Sequence record: NC_022096.1
DNA length: 64,000 nucleotides
Direction: 5' to 3' (one strand)
Shown in pieces: positions 10,161 through 20,095 of this stretch (positions within the stretch are counted from its first letter, which is position 1; every line of letters starts with the position of its first letter). The notes under the pieces were generated by a model that had not been told where the DNA came from, ran no database searches, and saw only the letters and a program-made list of their open reading frames with translations. A program made the position numbers and the translations under genes.

Positions 10161-10652
10161 ATGAACACTACGAACATGGAAAAACTCATCTGCTATGTCA
10201 ATCTTGACGGCAGTTACGGACGTGCAACTCGGTTACCCGAAGGAGCTCAGGAAGTAGGAGAAGAAGTCCTGCAGCTCCTTGAGGAGAACCCTGACCTGAT
10301 CGAAGTTCGCGTTGAGGGTGGTCTTATCCACGTCATCCCTTCGCTTATTTCCTACAAAGCGGAAGCCTGCGCTACTGTGCGTCGGGCGATCAACAAGCAA
10401 GTCCCTGGGGACGAACGCTTGAATCGCCTGATGCGTTCTACCGTGCTCGGCATTGGCTGTTTCGATGTCGAGTCCGGTTTGCTCCTTGATGAAAAGGAGA
10501 CGCGAGGCAATTTCCAAACCCTTGTGCAGTTGGACAACGACTTGCGCTACTTGGAGGCGAAATACGTCTCCAAGATCAACCAAGCGCCTGACGTGACCAC
10601 TGTGGATCATCACCTGGACGTATTCCAGAGAACTCTGCAAGGTACTGTATGA
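10161..10652 (+). CDS. Hypothetical protein (possible fibre assembly chaperone)
   Basis: 163 aa ORF coupled (ATGA overlap) to the collagen gene. Confidence 0.45.
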   Translation: MNTTNMEKLICYVNLDGSYGRATRLPEGAQEVGEEVLQLLEENPDLIEVRVEGGLIHVIPSLISYKAEACATVRRAINKQVPGDERLNRLMRSTVLGIGCFDVESGLLLDEKETRGNFQTLVQLDNDLRYLEAKYVSKINQAPDVTTVDHHLDVFQRTLQGTV

Positions 10653-12028
10653 GCGTAAACGGTGTGTCCGACTCTCCTCTTTTGGAGAAAGCAGTCAACG
10701 GAGATCAGACAAGAGTGCCGATAGGCGCACCGGTGATTACAAACAACAAGAGCCAGATGTCGAAAAGCATCCAGCTCCTGACACCCGGTGCTGATCTCGT
10801 TACGCCTGAACTCACCCAGTTCGAGGCGTTCGGCGTGGAAGGCAAGGAGGCCTTCCGCAATGATAAAACCAAGGGCGTCGAGTTTCGTGACCGTACGTCC
10901 CCGAATGACAAGCTGATCGCGGAGTGGGCCTACGATCCTGTAGAGGGTTGTCTGGTACTGGTTCGCGTCAACAAGAAAGAAGAACGCATCTACGGGTTCC
11001 TGCGCCAAGAGTCGCTCGGTGTTGGTCCCACTGGTCCTCGCGGTAACCCTGGCAAAGACGGCCAAGACGGACGCGATGGGCGTGACGGTGCTGACGGTGA
11101 TCCTGGCTGCCCTGGCGATCCAGGTCCTCCCGGCGATGAGGGTTATCCTGGTGCTGAAGGTAATCCAGGCCTCATCGGTATTCAAGGTCCAGAGGGCTGT
11201 GAAGGTGCATCCGGCGATCGGGGTCTTGTAGGACCACAAGGTCGCCCAGGCTTCGAGGGTTCTCGTGGTCTGACGGGCCCCTCTTGCGCAGATGATCGGT
11301 TCGGCAACAAGGGCCCGCAAGGTATTGCGTTTGGCAAGGGTGTCTTGTTCGGCGCTGCGCAGCTTTCAAACCCGGAAGCTGCCATTGTTGGCTTGGACGA
11401 TGACGGCATCGACGCTGTTGCTCCTCCTGGCGGTTGGGACGGTTCTTCGACTCCACCTCCAACTTCGCAGCCGACAAACCCACCGCCACCGCCGACTGCC
11501 TCTGCTGGCATTTCTCTGTGTACGAATCACGGTAACGTCAAGAATAGTTGTGGCAATACCGTTAACGCGTGGTACTCGACATGGGCAAACTACGCGGCGC
11601 CCGGCGGTGCCAAGGGCCTGTCCACTCTGCCTATCGCTCGGCAGAACACGGCGTTCTGGCCGAACAGCATCGTCATGTGCGGCACGCTGCGTAAGAATGC
11701 GAGCTACACCTTTGAGCTGTCCACGCCAAACGGTGTCGCATCTTCTCTGTTCCTGAACTGCGCTATCGTCCTGCAGACAGATTACGTCGGCGGTACTTCC
11801 CGCAAGACCATGACCCTGACAGCAGATTCGTCGATTCGTCTGCGCTTCCTGAACAACGCCCCACGAATCCCGACGTGGTGCTCGTTGAAGATTTATGACG
11901 GTGCTACTGGTGCGTTGCTCTACAAGACAGGACAGAATGCACAGAATGCGGGCCTTTCTGGCGCAAACGCTTCCTACGTTATCGATCCTAACTGGAGAGG
12001 TAACGCTGCTGTTCAACAATACAACTAA
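10649..12028 (+). CDS. Collagen-like fibre protein 1 with C-terminal PA14-like domain
   Basis: About 29 uninterrupted GXY triplets; Pro-rich linker; SYTFEL...LFLNCAIV beta domain. Confidence 0.8.
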   Translation: MSVNGVSDSPLLEKAVNGDQTRVPIGAPVITNNKSQMSKSIQLLTPGADLVTPELTQFEAFGVEGKEAFRNDKTKGVEFRDRTSPNDKLIAEWAYDPVEGCLVLVRVNKKEERIYGFLRQESLGVGPTGPRGNPGKDGQDGRDGRDGADGDPGCPGDPGPPGDEGYPGAEGNPGLIGIQGPEGCEGASGDRGLVGPQGRPGFEGSRGLTGPSCADDRFGNKGPQGIAFGKGVLFGAAQLSNPEAAIVGLDDDGIDAVAPPGGWDGSSTPPPTSQPTNPPPPPTASAGISLCTNHGNVKNSCGNTVNAWYSTWANYAAPGGAKGLSTLPIARQNTAFWPNSIVMCGTLRKNASYTFELSTPNGVASSLFLNCAIVLQTDYVGGTSRKTMTLTADSSIRLRFLNNAPRIPTWCSLKIYDGATGALLYKTGQNAQNAGLSGANASYVIDPNWRGNAAVQQYN

Positions 12029-12037
12029 GGTCGTCCC

Positions 12038-12727
12038 ATGATTGGTTTGACTCGTATTCCCACGGGCATGATCTTCGCCCCAGGCGAGGCCTCACAGACT
12101 GAGGTAGTAGTCGAAGACGATCACCTAAAAGCGGCGGAGCCTGTTGAGTCTGACATCAGTGAAATCGAGAGCGGGTTCTACGACTGGCAACTCGGCATCC
12201 TGACACTCGCCATGTACAACGGAACCGTCATCAAGATCAGCGGTTTCGCCACTGCCGGTAACATCCCTGCGGGCCCTACAGGTCCGCAAGGTCTGCCTGG
12301 TAAAGATGGTAAAGATGGACGTGATGGCAAAGACGGTGCCAAGGGTCCAGAGGGTTGCCAAGGCCCACAGGGTCCACAGGGTGCTCAAGGTGCTACAGGT
12401 CCTGATGGTCGTGATGGGCAGATGGGCCAACAAGGTCCCCGCGGCTGTCCTGGCCCAAAAGGCCCTCCTGGCGAACGTGGACCAACTGGTCCTATGGGTC
12501 CATTGGGTCCGACCGGTCCTAGAGGAGAACAAGGTGCGCAAGGTGCTCCCGGCGCTCCTGGTCCTGCGGGCACAGTGAACATCATCGTCTCTACTACTGA
12601 TCCTGGTGCAGTTGGCGCCGGTTGGCTGTGGGTTAATCCAGGTGCGACAGGTGCCCCGAGCGGTGGTTCTGGTGGCGGCGGTTCTACTACGCCTACTGAC
12701 CCTCCGATTGGGACGCCATGGCCTTAA
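12038..12727 (+). CDS. Collagen-like fibre protein 2
   Basis: About 33 GXY triplets; N-term MIGLTRIP; C-terminal STTDP...GWLWVNP motif. Confidence 0.8.
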   Translation: MIGLTRIPTGMIFAPGEASQTEVVVEDDHLKAAEPVESDISEIESGFYDWQLGILTLAMYNGTVIKISGFATAGNIPAGPTGPQGLPGKDGKDGRDGKDGAKGPEGCQGPQGPQGAQGATGPDGRDGQMGQQGPRGCPGPKGPPGERGPTGPMGPLGPTGPRGEQGAQGAPGAPGPAGTVNIIVSTTDPGAVGAGWLWVNPGATGAPSGGSGGGGSTTPTDPPIGTPWP

Positions 12728-12741
12728 GGTAAGGTGAACAC

Positions 12742-13263
12742 ATGACAGGCTTGACAAGAGTTCCTCTGAAAATGATCGGTGCCTCAGGGCAGCCCGGCGA
12801 TGACGTTCGTTTCGACGGACGCGATGTCGCTGTGGTGCCCAGCACCGAGGACACGAACGACTACGGGCTCACCAGCGGTACGTATGACTCCATCGCTGGA
12901 CGCCTGACCCTGGTGCTGCGCAACGGCGCCCGCCTCGAACTCGACGGGTTCATCACCACTGGCGATATCGGCGTAGGCCCCGCTGGTCCGACAGGCCCCG
13001 CAGGCCGCGATGGTCGCGATGGCTTGAACGGCGTAGACGGCGAGAAGGGCGCCACTGGTTGCCAAGGCCCGGCCGGTCCTCCTGGTCGTCAAGGTCCTCG
13101 CGGTGAGCAAGGCATCCCAGGCCCCACGGGCCCCACAGGCGCTACCGGCCCAACAGGCCCGGCCGGGGAAGACGGCGTTCCGCAAATCTGGATTCAAACA
13201 GAAGACCCGGTCATCAAATCCGCAGATCACATAGTCCCCGGTGCATTGTGGGTGAAGCCGTAA
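12742..13263 (+). CDS. Collagen-like fibre protein 3
   Basis: About 22 GXY triplets; N-term MTGLTRVP; C-terminal QTEDP...GALWVKP. Confidence 0.8.
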   Translation: MTGLTRVPLKMIGASGQPGDDVRFDGRDVAVVPSTEDTNDYGLTSGTYDSIAGRLTLVLRNGARLELDGFITTGDIGVGPAGPTGPAGRDGRDGLNGVDGEKGATGCQGPAGPPGRQGPRGEQGIPGPTGPTGATGPTGPAGEDGVPQIWIQTEDPVIKSADHIVPGALWVKP

Positions 13264-13275
13264 TGGAGTGACAAC

Positions 13276-16200
13276 ATGAGTCGTCTACGCATTCGAGACG
13301 CTAAGAATGTCAAATGGATTGACATTTGCCAGAGCGAATGGCGTGTGCGGAACCCAGCCAACACGGGCTGGATTCGTATTACTCCGGCGCAGGGCATTAA
13401 AGCTCGACACGGTAGCGAGTATTACTGGCTCGACATTGACTGTCTTGCAGAAGAAGGGACCGAAGATTGCGGCCAAGACGAATACGGCGGCACACCTGAC
13501 GGTAAGGGTGAGAACGGCACCGGTCCGGGCAAACCCAGCACTGGAGGCGGAGACGGCTCCGGTGGAGGTGGCGATGGCGGCGGTGGAGACGGAGGCGGTA
13601 ACGGCGGAGACAATGGCTCTAACAACGGCGGCTCTGGCGATGGCGGCGGTATCGATAACGGTCCGGATAGTCCGAGCTTCAACGATGGCGACTCCGGCTC
13701 CGGTAACGGCGGTAGCGGCTGGCAAGAAGATGCTCCGTACCCACCTGGCTTCGACCTGCCTGACTCTGATGGGGACGGTGCCGGCGACAAGGGCGATTGC
13801 ATCTACCGCCCGGGTTTGAACACCTGTGAGACCAAGCAACCTATCGTTGTGCGTCCTGACATGGACTGCGGTACGAAGCGTCCCGGATCGTGGGACTGCC
13901 CGTTCGAGTGCCCGGATTCTGTTTCTGGCTCTGGCGCTGGTATTTCCGAGTTCTACATCAACATGGGCACCGCCTCGGGTAACATCAAGTTCCCGTGGAT
14001 TGCCTCCGCTGGCGCTAGCTTCGATATTTACTATCGCGGCAAGCGGGTCGCAACAACCAGCGGCCAGCGTAAAGGCACTGGCGCCTTGACCTTCGTGTTC
14101 AACCCGGTGAACAACGACCCGATGCTGTTTGTCCGCGTGCGCTCCACGTACAAGACCAACACTTGGACGTTGCAGATCAAGTGCGTTGGCGATGACGACG
14201 ATGACGGCACCATCAACAACCCGCGTCCGTGCCACGGCACCTTCGAAGTCAAGAAAGAAGGCGGGCAAGGCACCTACGAGTTCTACCATAACCTTGGGCC
14301 GACTGCTGGTCTGACGGACATCCACTATCAAATGTGGAATCAGCCAGACAAGATGGAAGTGTTCAACCATGCGGGCGTGTTGATTGCATCGACTGGTGGT
14401 TACGTTGCAGGCGAAGCTCACCTGAAATTTCAGCACACGCCTGGCGGGTCGAACATGGTGCGCGTGCGCATTACTGCGCGTGACCCAGGTACGTCTTGGA
14501 TTTACCTGATCACCTGCCCAGGTGAAGACGGTAGCGAAGATAACCCGCGTGAGTGTTCCGACACCTCAGCAGTTAAGTCTGGCGGTGCAGGCGTCACAGA
14601 TACCTTCATCGACATGGGTTCGACTGCTGGTAAAGTTGGCATCCGCTACCAGATGTGGCAGATTCCGGACAAACTGGACGTCTATCAAGAGGGTACGCTC
14701 GTTGCGACAACCGGAGGTCCTGTTACGGGAGACCACTGGCTGTACTTCGACTACGATCCGAGTCGCGGTCAGAAGATTCAGGTGCGCGTCACTGGCTCGG
14801 GCGCCACGTCGTGGTCGTTCCTGCATACGTGCCCCGGGGATGAAGACCCGAATATCAGTGTCAACTCGCCAAGCGTGCGTGAGGGTGCTGCAGGTGAGTC
14901 TCCGCAACTGTGCTGGACCATCACAATGGACAAGCCTCAGTCGCAACCAGTGACAGTGGACTACGCAACTGGCGGCGGCAACGCAAACCCGGTCGCTGCA
15001 CAAGGTCGCATCTTGGCTTCCGACCAGTTCAACAATCCGTTCATCGCCGTTGTTGATCAAGCAAACTTCGGCAAAGTTGCGTTCGATGGGGGCTTCCCCA
15101 AGTTCTACAACTCGACCTACGTTGCACCGCAGCCGCCTCCGACGGGCGCACAGGTGTTCAACACATGGTGGCGTACTGCCGGTGCTGAGTTCTACACCAG
15201 CCCGAGCGGAATTCCTAGTGGTAGTGAAGCAAACGCATGGGCGTACAGTGCTGGGTCGGGCAACATCTCGTCCACAGTGAACTCCGCGAACATCATTTCC
15301 TTCATTTCGCCCACGGCATACGATAGCTATACCTTCGAGGCTACGCTGTCTTCTTCTGCTGCGGACGACGACATGATCGGCTTGGTTGCCGCATACGCTC
15401 GCGTCGGTAGTGACAACTACCAGATCATCGCTTCTCGCCAACGCGGCGGGTTGAACGCCTTCGGTAGCAACTGGTCGCTGGCTCTGGTGAAAAACAACTC
15501 TGTCGTGAAAGTGCTGGCGTCGAACGCTGTTGGCGGGACGGGAAACTGGAACGGAACACGCACCCGCGTTCGTGTGCAGCGCGATTGTAACCAGATCAAC
15601 GTCTGGTGCTCGGCTTACGGTAGCGAGACAATCTCGGAAAGCACCTTGCTGCAGGCTGACCTGACCAGTGAAGATTTGGCAGTGTTCGGCGGTGCTGCTA
15701 CTCGCTGGGGCTTCACTGCCCAGTCGCAAGAGAACGCCACGTTCAGCAGCATCTTCGTGTCTGGTATTGGCTTGCCGCCTGCGTTTACCTACCTGAAGAA
15801 CATCGCCCTGTGGTCGCGTAAACCCGGCAACAGCAAAGCGTTGATTTTGTGCGACTCGGCTACGGTTAACCAGTACAACCTGGGCACTGCCGGAATGGCC
15901 TTCGGTGTTGGTATGCCGGAGACCCTGCGTTCTGTAGGCTTCGATGTCACTATGAGGTACCTGCCGGATATGGGGAACAAGATCACTGCCGCGGACTTGG
16001 CAGACTACGGCTTCTTGGTCGTGCTGTCTACAGATCACACCGGGGTCAACCACGCGACCGGCACCAGTGCAGCCGTCGTGGCGAACTGGGTGAAGAATGG
16101 CGGCGGTTTGTTTATCGTCACTGACCACGACGTGTTTCAAGCTACTGCGAATGCTTTGGCTGCTCCGTACAACATCGAGTTCTACGCTTCCGTCGATCGG

Positions 16201-16929
16201 AGCCCGGTGAGTGTTGGTCAGATCATCGCGTCGCATGGTGATCACCCGGCTTGGGAAGGGTTGAGTTGTAAGTCGATCCCAGCTGGCGGTAGTGAAGGTG
16301 CCATTCGCATCAAGCAAGTGCGCAGTGATTACAGCCCGATTTCAGGTACTGTTACCTTCGCGCCTGGTGAAACGTCCAAGGAAGTGTGTGCGCCGATCAT
16401 CGGCAACGACACGCAGGATGGTGACCGTACCATCAACATGAACATCAGCAATGCGTCCAAGGGAAACATCACAGTGCCCACAGGTACTGGGACGATCATC
16501 GACGACGATAGTGCGCTGTGCCGGCAAAATCCGCAGGGCGTAGTGTATGAAAGAGCTGGTGGTGGAGATGGTGCTTACCTGATGCACGTTCAGCCTGATT
16601 ACAACTGTGCGGCAGGCAACACGAAGTACCTGATGATGGCGAACTTGACGTTCCCGTACACGGGCCCGTACGTTATCACCATGACGTCCGACGATGACTT
16701 CGAGCTGTACATCGACTGTAAGAAGGTTGCGTCTGGTCCGATCGGTACTCGGCAGTACACCGTGAACATCAACGCAGGTACACGCAACGTCATCCTTCGA
16801 TACTTGAACGTGCCAAACTGTACGCCTGGTTACGCTGGCTTTACCGCCCGCTACAACAACCTGATGGTGTACTCGACGCGCGCTGCTGATTGGAAGGGTC
16901 AAGCCAATAGCATTGGAGAAATCGAGTAA
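13276..16929 (+). CDS. Multidomain virion adhesin: Gly-rich linker, three beta repeats, split Calx-beta, lectin (TSP_C-like) and GATase-like inserts, PA14-like C-terminus
   Basis: SVREG...VTVDYAT / SGTVTFAPGETSKEV...IIDDD (Calx-beta halves); DDDMIGLV; SDDDFELYID (PA14-like). Confidence 0.7.
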   Translation: MSRLRIRDAKNVKWIDICQSEWRVRNPANTGWIRITPAQGIKARHGSEYYWLDIDCLAEEGTEDCGQDEYGGTPDGKGENGTGPGKPSTGGGDGSGGGGDGGGGDGGGNGGDNGSNNGGSGDGGGIDNGPDSPSFNDGDSGSGNGGSGWQEDAPYPPGFDLPDSDGDGAGDKGDCIYRPGLNTCETKQPIVVRPDMDCGTKRPGSWDCPFECPDSVSGSGAGISEFYINMGTASGNIKFPWIASAGASFDIYYRGKRVATTSGQRKGTGALTFVFNPVNNDPMLFVRVRSTYKTNTWTLQIKCVGDDDDDGTINNPRPCHGTFEVKKEGGQGTYEFYHNLGPTAGLTDIHYQMWNQPDKMEVFNHAGVLIASTGGYVAGEAHLKFQHTPGGSNMVRVRITARDPGTSWIYLITCPGEDGSEDNPRECSDTSAVKSGGAGVTDTFIDMGSTAGKVGIRYQMWQIPDKLDVYQEGTLVATTGGPVTGDHWLYFDYDPSRGQKIQVRVTGSGATSWSFLHTCPGDEDPNISVNSPSVREGAAGESPQLCWTITMDKPQSQPVTVDYATGGGNANPVAAQGRILASDQFNNPFIAVVDQANFGKVAFDGGFPKFYNSTYVAPQPPPTGAQVFNTWWRTAGAEFYTSPSGIPSGSEANAWAYSAGSGNISSTVNSANIISFISPTAYDSYTFEATLSSSAADDDMIGLVAAYARVGSDNYQIIASRQRGGLNAFGSNWSLALVKNNSVVKVLASNAVGGTGNWNGTRTRVRVQRDCNQINVWCSAYGSETISESTLLQADLTSEDLAVFGGAATRWGFTAQSQENATFSSIFVSGIGLPPAFTYLKNIALWSRKPGNSKALILCDSATVNQYNLGTAGMAFGVGMPETLRSVGFDVTMRYLPDMGNKITAADLADYGFLVVLSTDHTGVNHATGTSAAVVANWVKNGGGLFIVTDHDVFQATANALAAPYNIEFYASVDRSPVSVGQIIASHGDHPAWEGLSCKSIPAGGSEGAIRIKQVRSDYSPISGTVTFAPGETSKEVCAPIIGNDTQDGDRTINMNISNASKGNITVPTGTGTIIDDDSALCRQNPQGVVYERAGGGDGAYLMHVQPDYNCAAGNTKYLMMANLTFPYTGPYVITMTSDDDFELYIDCKKVASGPIGTRQYTVNINAGTRNVILRYLNVPNCTPGYAGFTARYNNLMVYSTRAADWKGQANSIGEIE

Positions 16930-17099
16930 TGGCTGTCAGACTGCGAGTTCGTCAATCGACTAGCAGTCCGTGGATCGAGAACTTCGATAAGCTCGGGTGG
17001 AAGCTAAGGAATAGCTCCAATTCTGGATGGATTCAGATGCACCCGGGCAACACGAAAGTCCGCTCTTCGGACAACACACGCTGGCTCAATGTGAAGTGA
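16929..17099 (+). CDS. 56 aa Trp-repeat protein, paralog of the N-terminus of 13276-16929; absent from ORF track
   Basis: TAATG overlap; [56 protein letters not shown]; fills the gap exactly. Confidence 0.8.
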   Translation: MAVRLRVRQSTSSPWIENFDKLGWKLRNSSNSGWIQMHPGNTKVRSSDNTRWLNVK

Positions 17100-17106
17100 G
17101 GAAACT

Positions 17107-17913
17107 ATGAGTGGATTGACAAGAATCCCGCTCCCGATGATCGATCCTGGCGCTGGCGTCGCTAACGACGAGGTGAAATTCAACGGAGAGCGCCTCGAAT
17201 TGCAAAACCCGGACGACGATACCGATGTCCAGGTCACGGAAGGTGTGTACGACCCAGAGACAGGCACGTTGACTCTGCGCAAAGCAGACAACTCTGTGCT
17301 CAACATTCGCGGCTTCTTGACCAAGGCGAGTGTCGGTGTAGGCCCCACTGGCCCAACAGGTCCTCAGGGTAAGCCTGGTATCAACGGGCGCAACGGCAAA
17401 GATGGTCGCGTAGGTGATCAAGGCTGCGTGGGGCCCAAAGGTGATCCAGGCCCAGCAGGCCCGACGGGCCCAGCAGGTCCGGGTGGCGGTATCGGTGCTC
17501 AGGGCGCTACTGGCCCAACTGGTCCAACTGGTCCGACAGGCCCTGCTGGACTTGACGGTAAGGCACCAACGTTCGGCGTAGGCGAAGTGGATGCTTACGA
17601 GTTCTACGAGAATCACAGCCTTAAATGTTGGGGCCGATTCACGTCGGAAGATGCGGCAGTTTTCCAGCGCGTCGTATTCCCGGAAGCCTTCGAGCGAGAC
17701 AAGCCACGGGTCATGCTTCTGCAATTCATCGACCCGAAGAGCAACGTCAAGAACGCCGTGCGCATCGACCGTATCAACAAAGGCAACGCCGAGTTGAGTG
17801 TGGATGCTTCCATGTTGGAGCAAGAATCCGATGGTGAAGGCGGCACGCGACCTGTAGCTGCTACCGGTTGGGACTTCTACTGGTTCGTCATCGGCAGCGA
17901 CGCCGACGCATAA
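17107..17913 (+). CDS. Collagen-like fibre protein 4 with tail-fibre-type C-terminal domain
   Basis: About 24 GXY triplets (one GGG interruption); MSGLTRIP; KCWGRF...VVFPEAF...FYWFVIG. Confidence 0.8.
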   Translation: MSGLTRIPLPMIDPGAGVANDEVKFNGERLELQNPDDDTDVQVTEGVYDPETGTLTLRKADNSVLNIRGFLTKASVGVGPTGPTGPQGKPGINGRNGKDGRVGDQGCVGPKGDPGPAGPTGPAGPGGGIGAQGATGPTGPTGPTGPAGLDGKAPTFGVGEVDAYEFYENHSLKCWGRFTSEDAAVFQRVVFPEAFERDKPRVMLLQFIDPKSNVKNAVRIDRINKGNAELSVDASMLEQESDGEGGTRPVAATGWDFYWFVIGSDADA

Positions 17914-17923
17914 GGAGAAAGCT

Positions 17924-18376
17924 ATGGCTTTACCAGCGGCATACTACCAACTTGTCTATGATGAGAAGACAGGTGACGTGCTGTCGTTCTGGAACCCAAT
18001 GAGGGGCGAGTGTCCTGACTCGCCTTACATTGAAGTTTCCCTGGAGGACCACGCTCGCGTACAGCCTGCACCGTTCAAGTTCCGCGTCATCGATAAGCGC
18101 CTGGTTGAAGTGAGCGATATACCAAAAGATGAACGTCCGAAGCGTCCAGCTGTCTCCGAAGCGATCATCGCGGGTCTTGTAATCGACGGCGTGTGCTACG
18201 CGCTCGACCCGAAAGCTCTGGCTGTGTTGACGCTCGATCTGTCCAGAGGCTCCAAGACCTGCAGGGCAATCGCCCACACTCCGACAGGAAACCAACTGGT
18301 AACCCTGCCAAAGGAAGATGCCAAGAACGTAGCCTCGATGATAGCCGACCACTTGGTGGCTCTACATTGTGGATAA
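17924..18376 (+). CDS. Putative tail fibre assembly chaperone
   Basis: LVYDEKTGDVLSFW...YIEVSLEDH...FRVIDKRLV; position after a fibre gene; AAGGAG SD. Confidence 0.5.
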   Translation: MALPAAYYQLVYDEKTGDVLSFWNPMRGECPDSPYIEVSLEDHARVQPAPFKFRVIDKRLVEVSDIPKDERPKRPAVSEAIIAGLVIDGVCYALDPKALAVLTLDLSRGSKTCRAIAHTPTGNQLVTLPKEDAKNVASMIADHLVALHCG

Positions 18377-18407
18377 TTTACTCGCAGTGTACATCGAGGT
18401 GTGAACC

Positions 18408-19229
18408 ATGTCTCTTCCTACTAGCAGGCTTATCCAGGCCGCCGTGGATCGCGGCCTGACTGTGGCCACGCCCGTTCTTCTCACCATGGACGGGCCGGAA
18501 CACATTCGCGTAAACGTCATCATCAGCCACGCGGAGCCCGTCTCTGTCGTGGCTCCTTTGGACTTGCTGTGGATTAACCCTGACACAGGCACTCCGCTGC
18601 GCCGTGTCAGTCGTGCCCAGTCGCAAGACTTCGTGCATACCTGGGAAGTCGCGGACGAGACATCGTTCTGGTTGGCTCAATCCTGGGATGAACCACGACC
18701 GAACGACCAAGACTTTCAGGAGCTCAACCGAAACATCGGCAACACGCACGGGCTGATCCTGGCCGATATCGGCGCGCTCGGTGTTGAAGGTGGAGACCTG
18801 ACAGGACCATTGCGTCCACGAGTCTTGGAAGTCGGAGACGACTACGCACCTACGGAAGCGGTACCTCGCTCGTTCGTCGAAAAGCTGACCATGGCGGCGC
18901 AAAGCCTAGCAGCTTCGGTTAGCCAACAGCTCACCAGCCTGCGTAACCAAGTTACGTCTGTGCGAAACCGCGTGACGGTAGTCGAAGACGAGTTGGAAAA
19001 CATCCAGCTCGGTGACGGCACGCCACGATACAAACATGACCAAGTGGAACCCTCACTTGAGTGGATCATCGTTCACAACCTACACGTACCGGACGTCACA
19101 GTTCGTGCCGTGCGGGAAGATGGGACGCTGATGATTCCAGCCACGGAAACAATGATCGATGAAGATACGCTGCGCCTGACGTTTGCCGAAGCTCGCCAGG
19201 GACGCGCCGTGATTCTCGGCATAAGGTGA
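18408..19229 (+). CDS. Virion structural protein with coiled coil and C-terminal WxIxHNL domain
   Basis: Heptads at VSQQLTSLRNQVTSVRNRV; WIIVHNLHVPDVTVRAV. Confidence 0.55.
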   Translation: MSLPTSRLIQAAVDRGLTVATPVLLTMDGPEHIRVNVIISHAEPVSVVAPLDLLWINPDTGTPLRRVSRAQSQDFVHTWEVADETSFWLAQSWDEPRPNDQDFQELNRNIGNTHGLILADIGALGVEGGDLTGPLRPRVLEVGDDYAPTEAVPRSFVEKLTMAAQSLAASVSQQLTSLRNQVTSVRNRVTVVEDELENIQLGDGTPRYKHDQVEPSLEWIIVHNLHVPDVTVRAVREDGTLMIPATETMIDEDTLRLTFAEARQGRAVILGIR

Positions 19230-19234
19230 CGAAC

Positions 19235-20095
19235 ATGAGAAGGCTTTTGGCGATAGGCTCGCTAATTTACTGCGTAATGGCAAATGCCCAAAGCCTTTTG
19301 GTTGTGCAGTCGGCAACGGTCAATGACCTGTACGGCAACACGATCATCGCAAAGATTCTTGAAGACCAAAACGGCAGTGTCGACCACATTGCCGTCTTCA
19401 ACGCTCGGCAGTTCACGCATGATCGCTCGGCACACTCGCGGGAAATCCTGTCAAAGGTTTTGCGCACGTATGTCGAGCACTCAAAGCCGAGCGCCCTTCT
19501 GTTTCTCGGAGAGCCAATCGTGGACGTCGGGATTCCAACTCAGTACAGCTCTGTGCTGATAGGTTCCACGTCATTTAACACAACGGCCCTCAAGGCAGCT
19601 TCCATCTACAACAAGCACTGGTCACCTGTTTACGTCATAAGCGACAACTCCGTGTTGGCGAACCTTCGCTTGCAGGAGCTGCGCCGACAACTCGATGGCA
19701 TCGAGCTGGACGTGACTACGGTGTCAACGGTTATCGAGTATCGGCAAGCGTTGCTTGACCTGCAAGATCAACCAAAAGGCACCCTGGTGCTGAACGCCTT
19801 TAGCTTGTTGGATGAGTGGCAAGACTCTGTGGGATTCGCCGAAATCGAAAACCTTCTGGTTAAGACAAATCGGCGTCACGTGGATGTAGGTATTTGTCGA
19901 AACGGGTTTAAGACGACTCTGGCTATCGGGCCGACGCCTGCAGAGGCGGCAGCTCTGGCTACTGCGCCATACTCCCAAGCATCAAACTCCCACATCAGCT
20001 CGTGTGCAAACCTGTCCCGTGTCGTACCAAAGTGGCTGGGGTTATACCGCGCAACGATGGGCAAATACGACATAGTGGAAGGCGGCAACCAATGA
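19235..20095 (+). CDS. Secreted protein, possibly periplasmic-binding-protein-like fold
   Basis: Signal peptide MRRLLAIGSLIYCVMANA-Q; alternating alpha/beta segments (KPSALLFLG, GIPTQYS, VYVISDNS). Confidence 0.5.
   Translation: MRRLLAIGSLIYCVMANAQSLLVVQSATVNDLYGNTIIAKILEDQNGSVDHIAVFNARQFTHDRSAHSREILSKVLRTYVEHSKPSALLFLGEPIVDVGIPTQYSSVLIGSTSFNTTALKAASIYNKHWSPVYVISDNSVLANLRLQELRRQLDGIELDVTTVSTVIEYRQALLDLQDQPKGTLVLNAFSLLDEWQDSVGFAEIENLLVKTNRRHVDVGICRNGFKTTLAIGPTPAEAAALATAPYSQASNSHISSCANLSRVVPKWLGLYRATMGKYDIVEGGNQ

Noticed and set aside
11020-17560. Dense short repeats resembling an array
   Set aside because: They encode GXY collagen triplets; there is no repeat-spacer periodicity and no cas genes, so this is not CRISPR.
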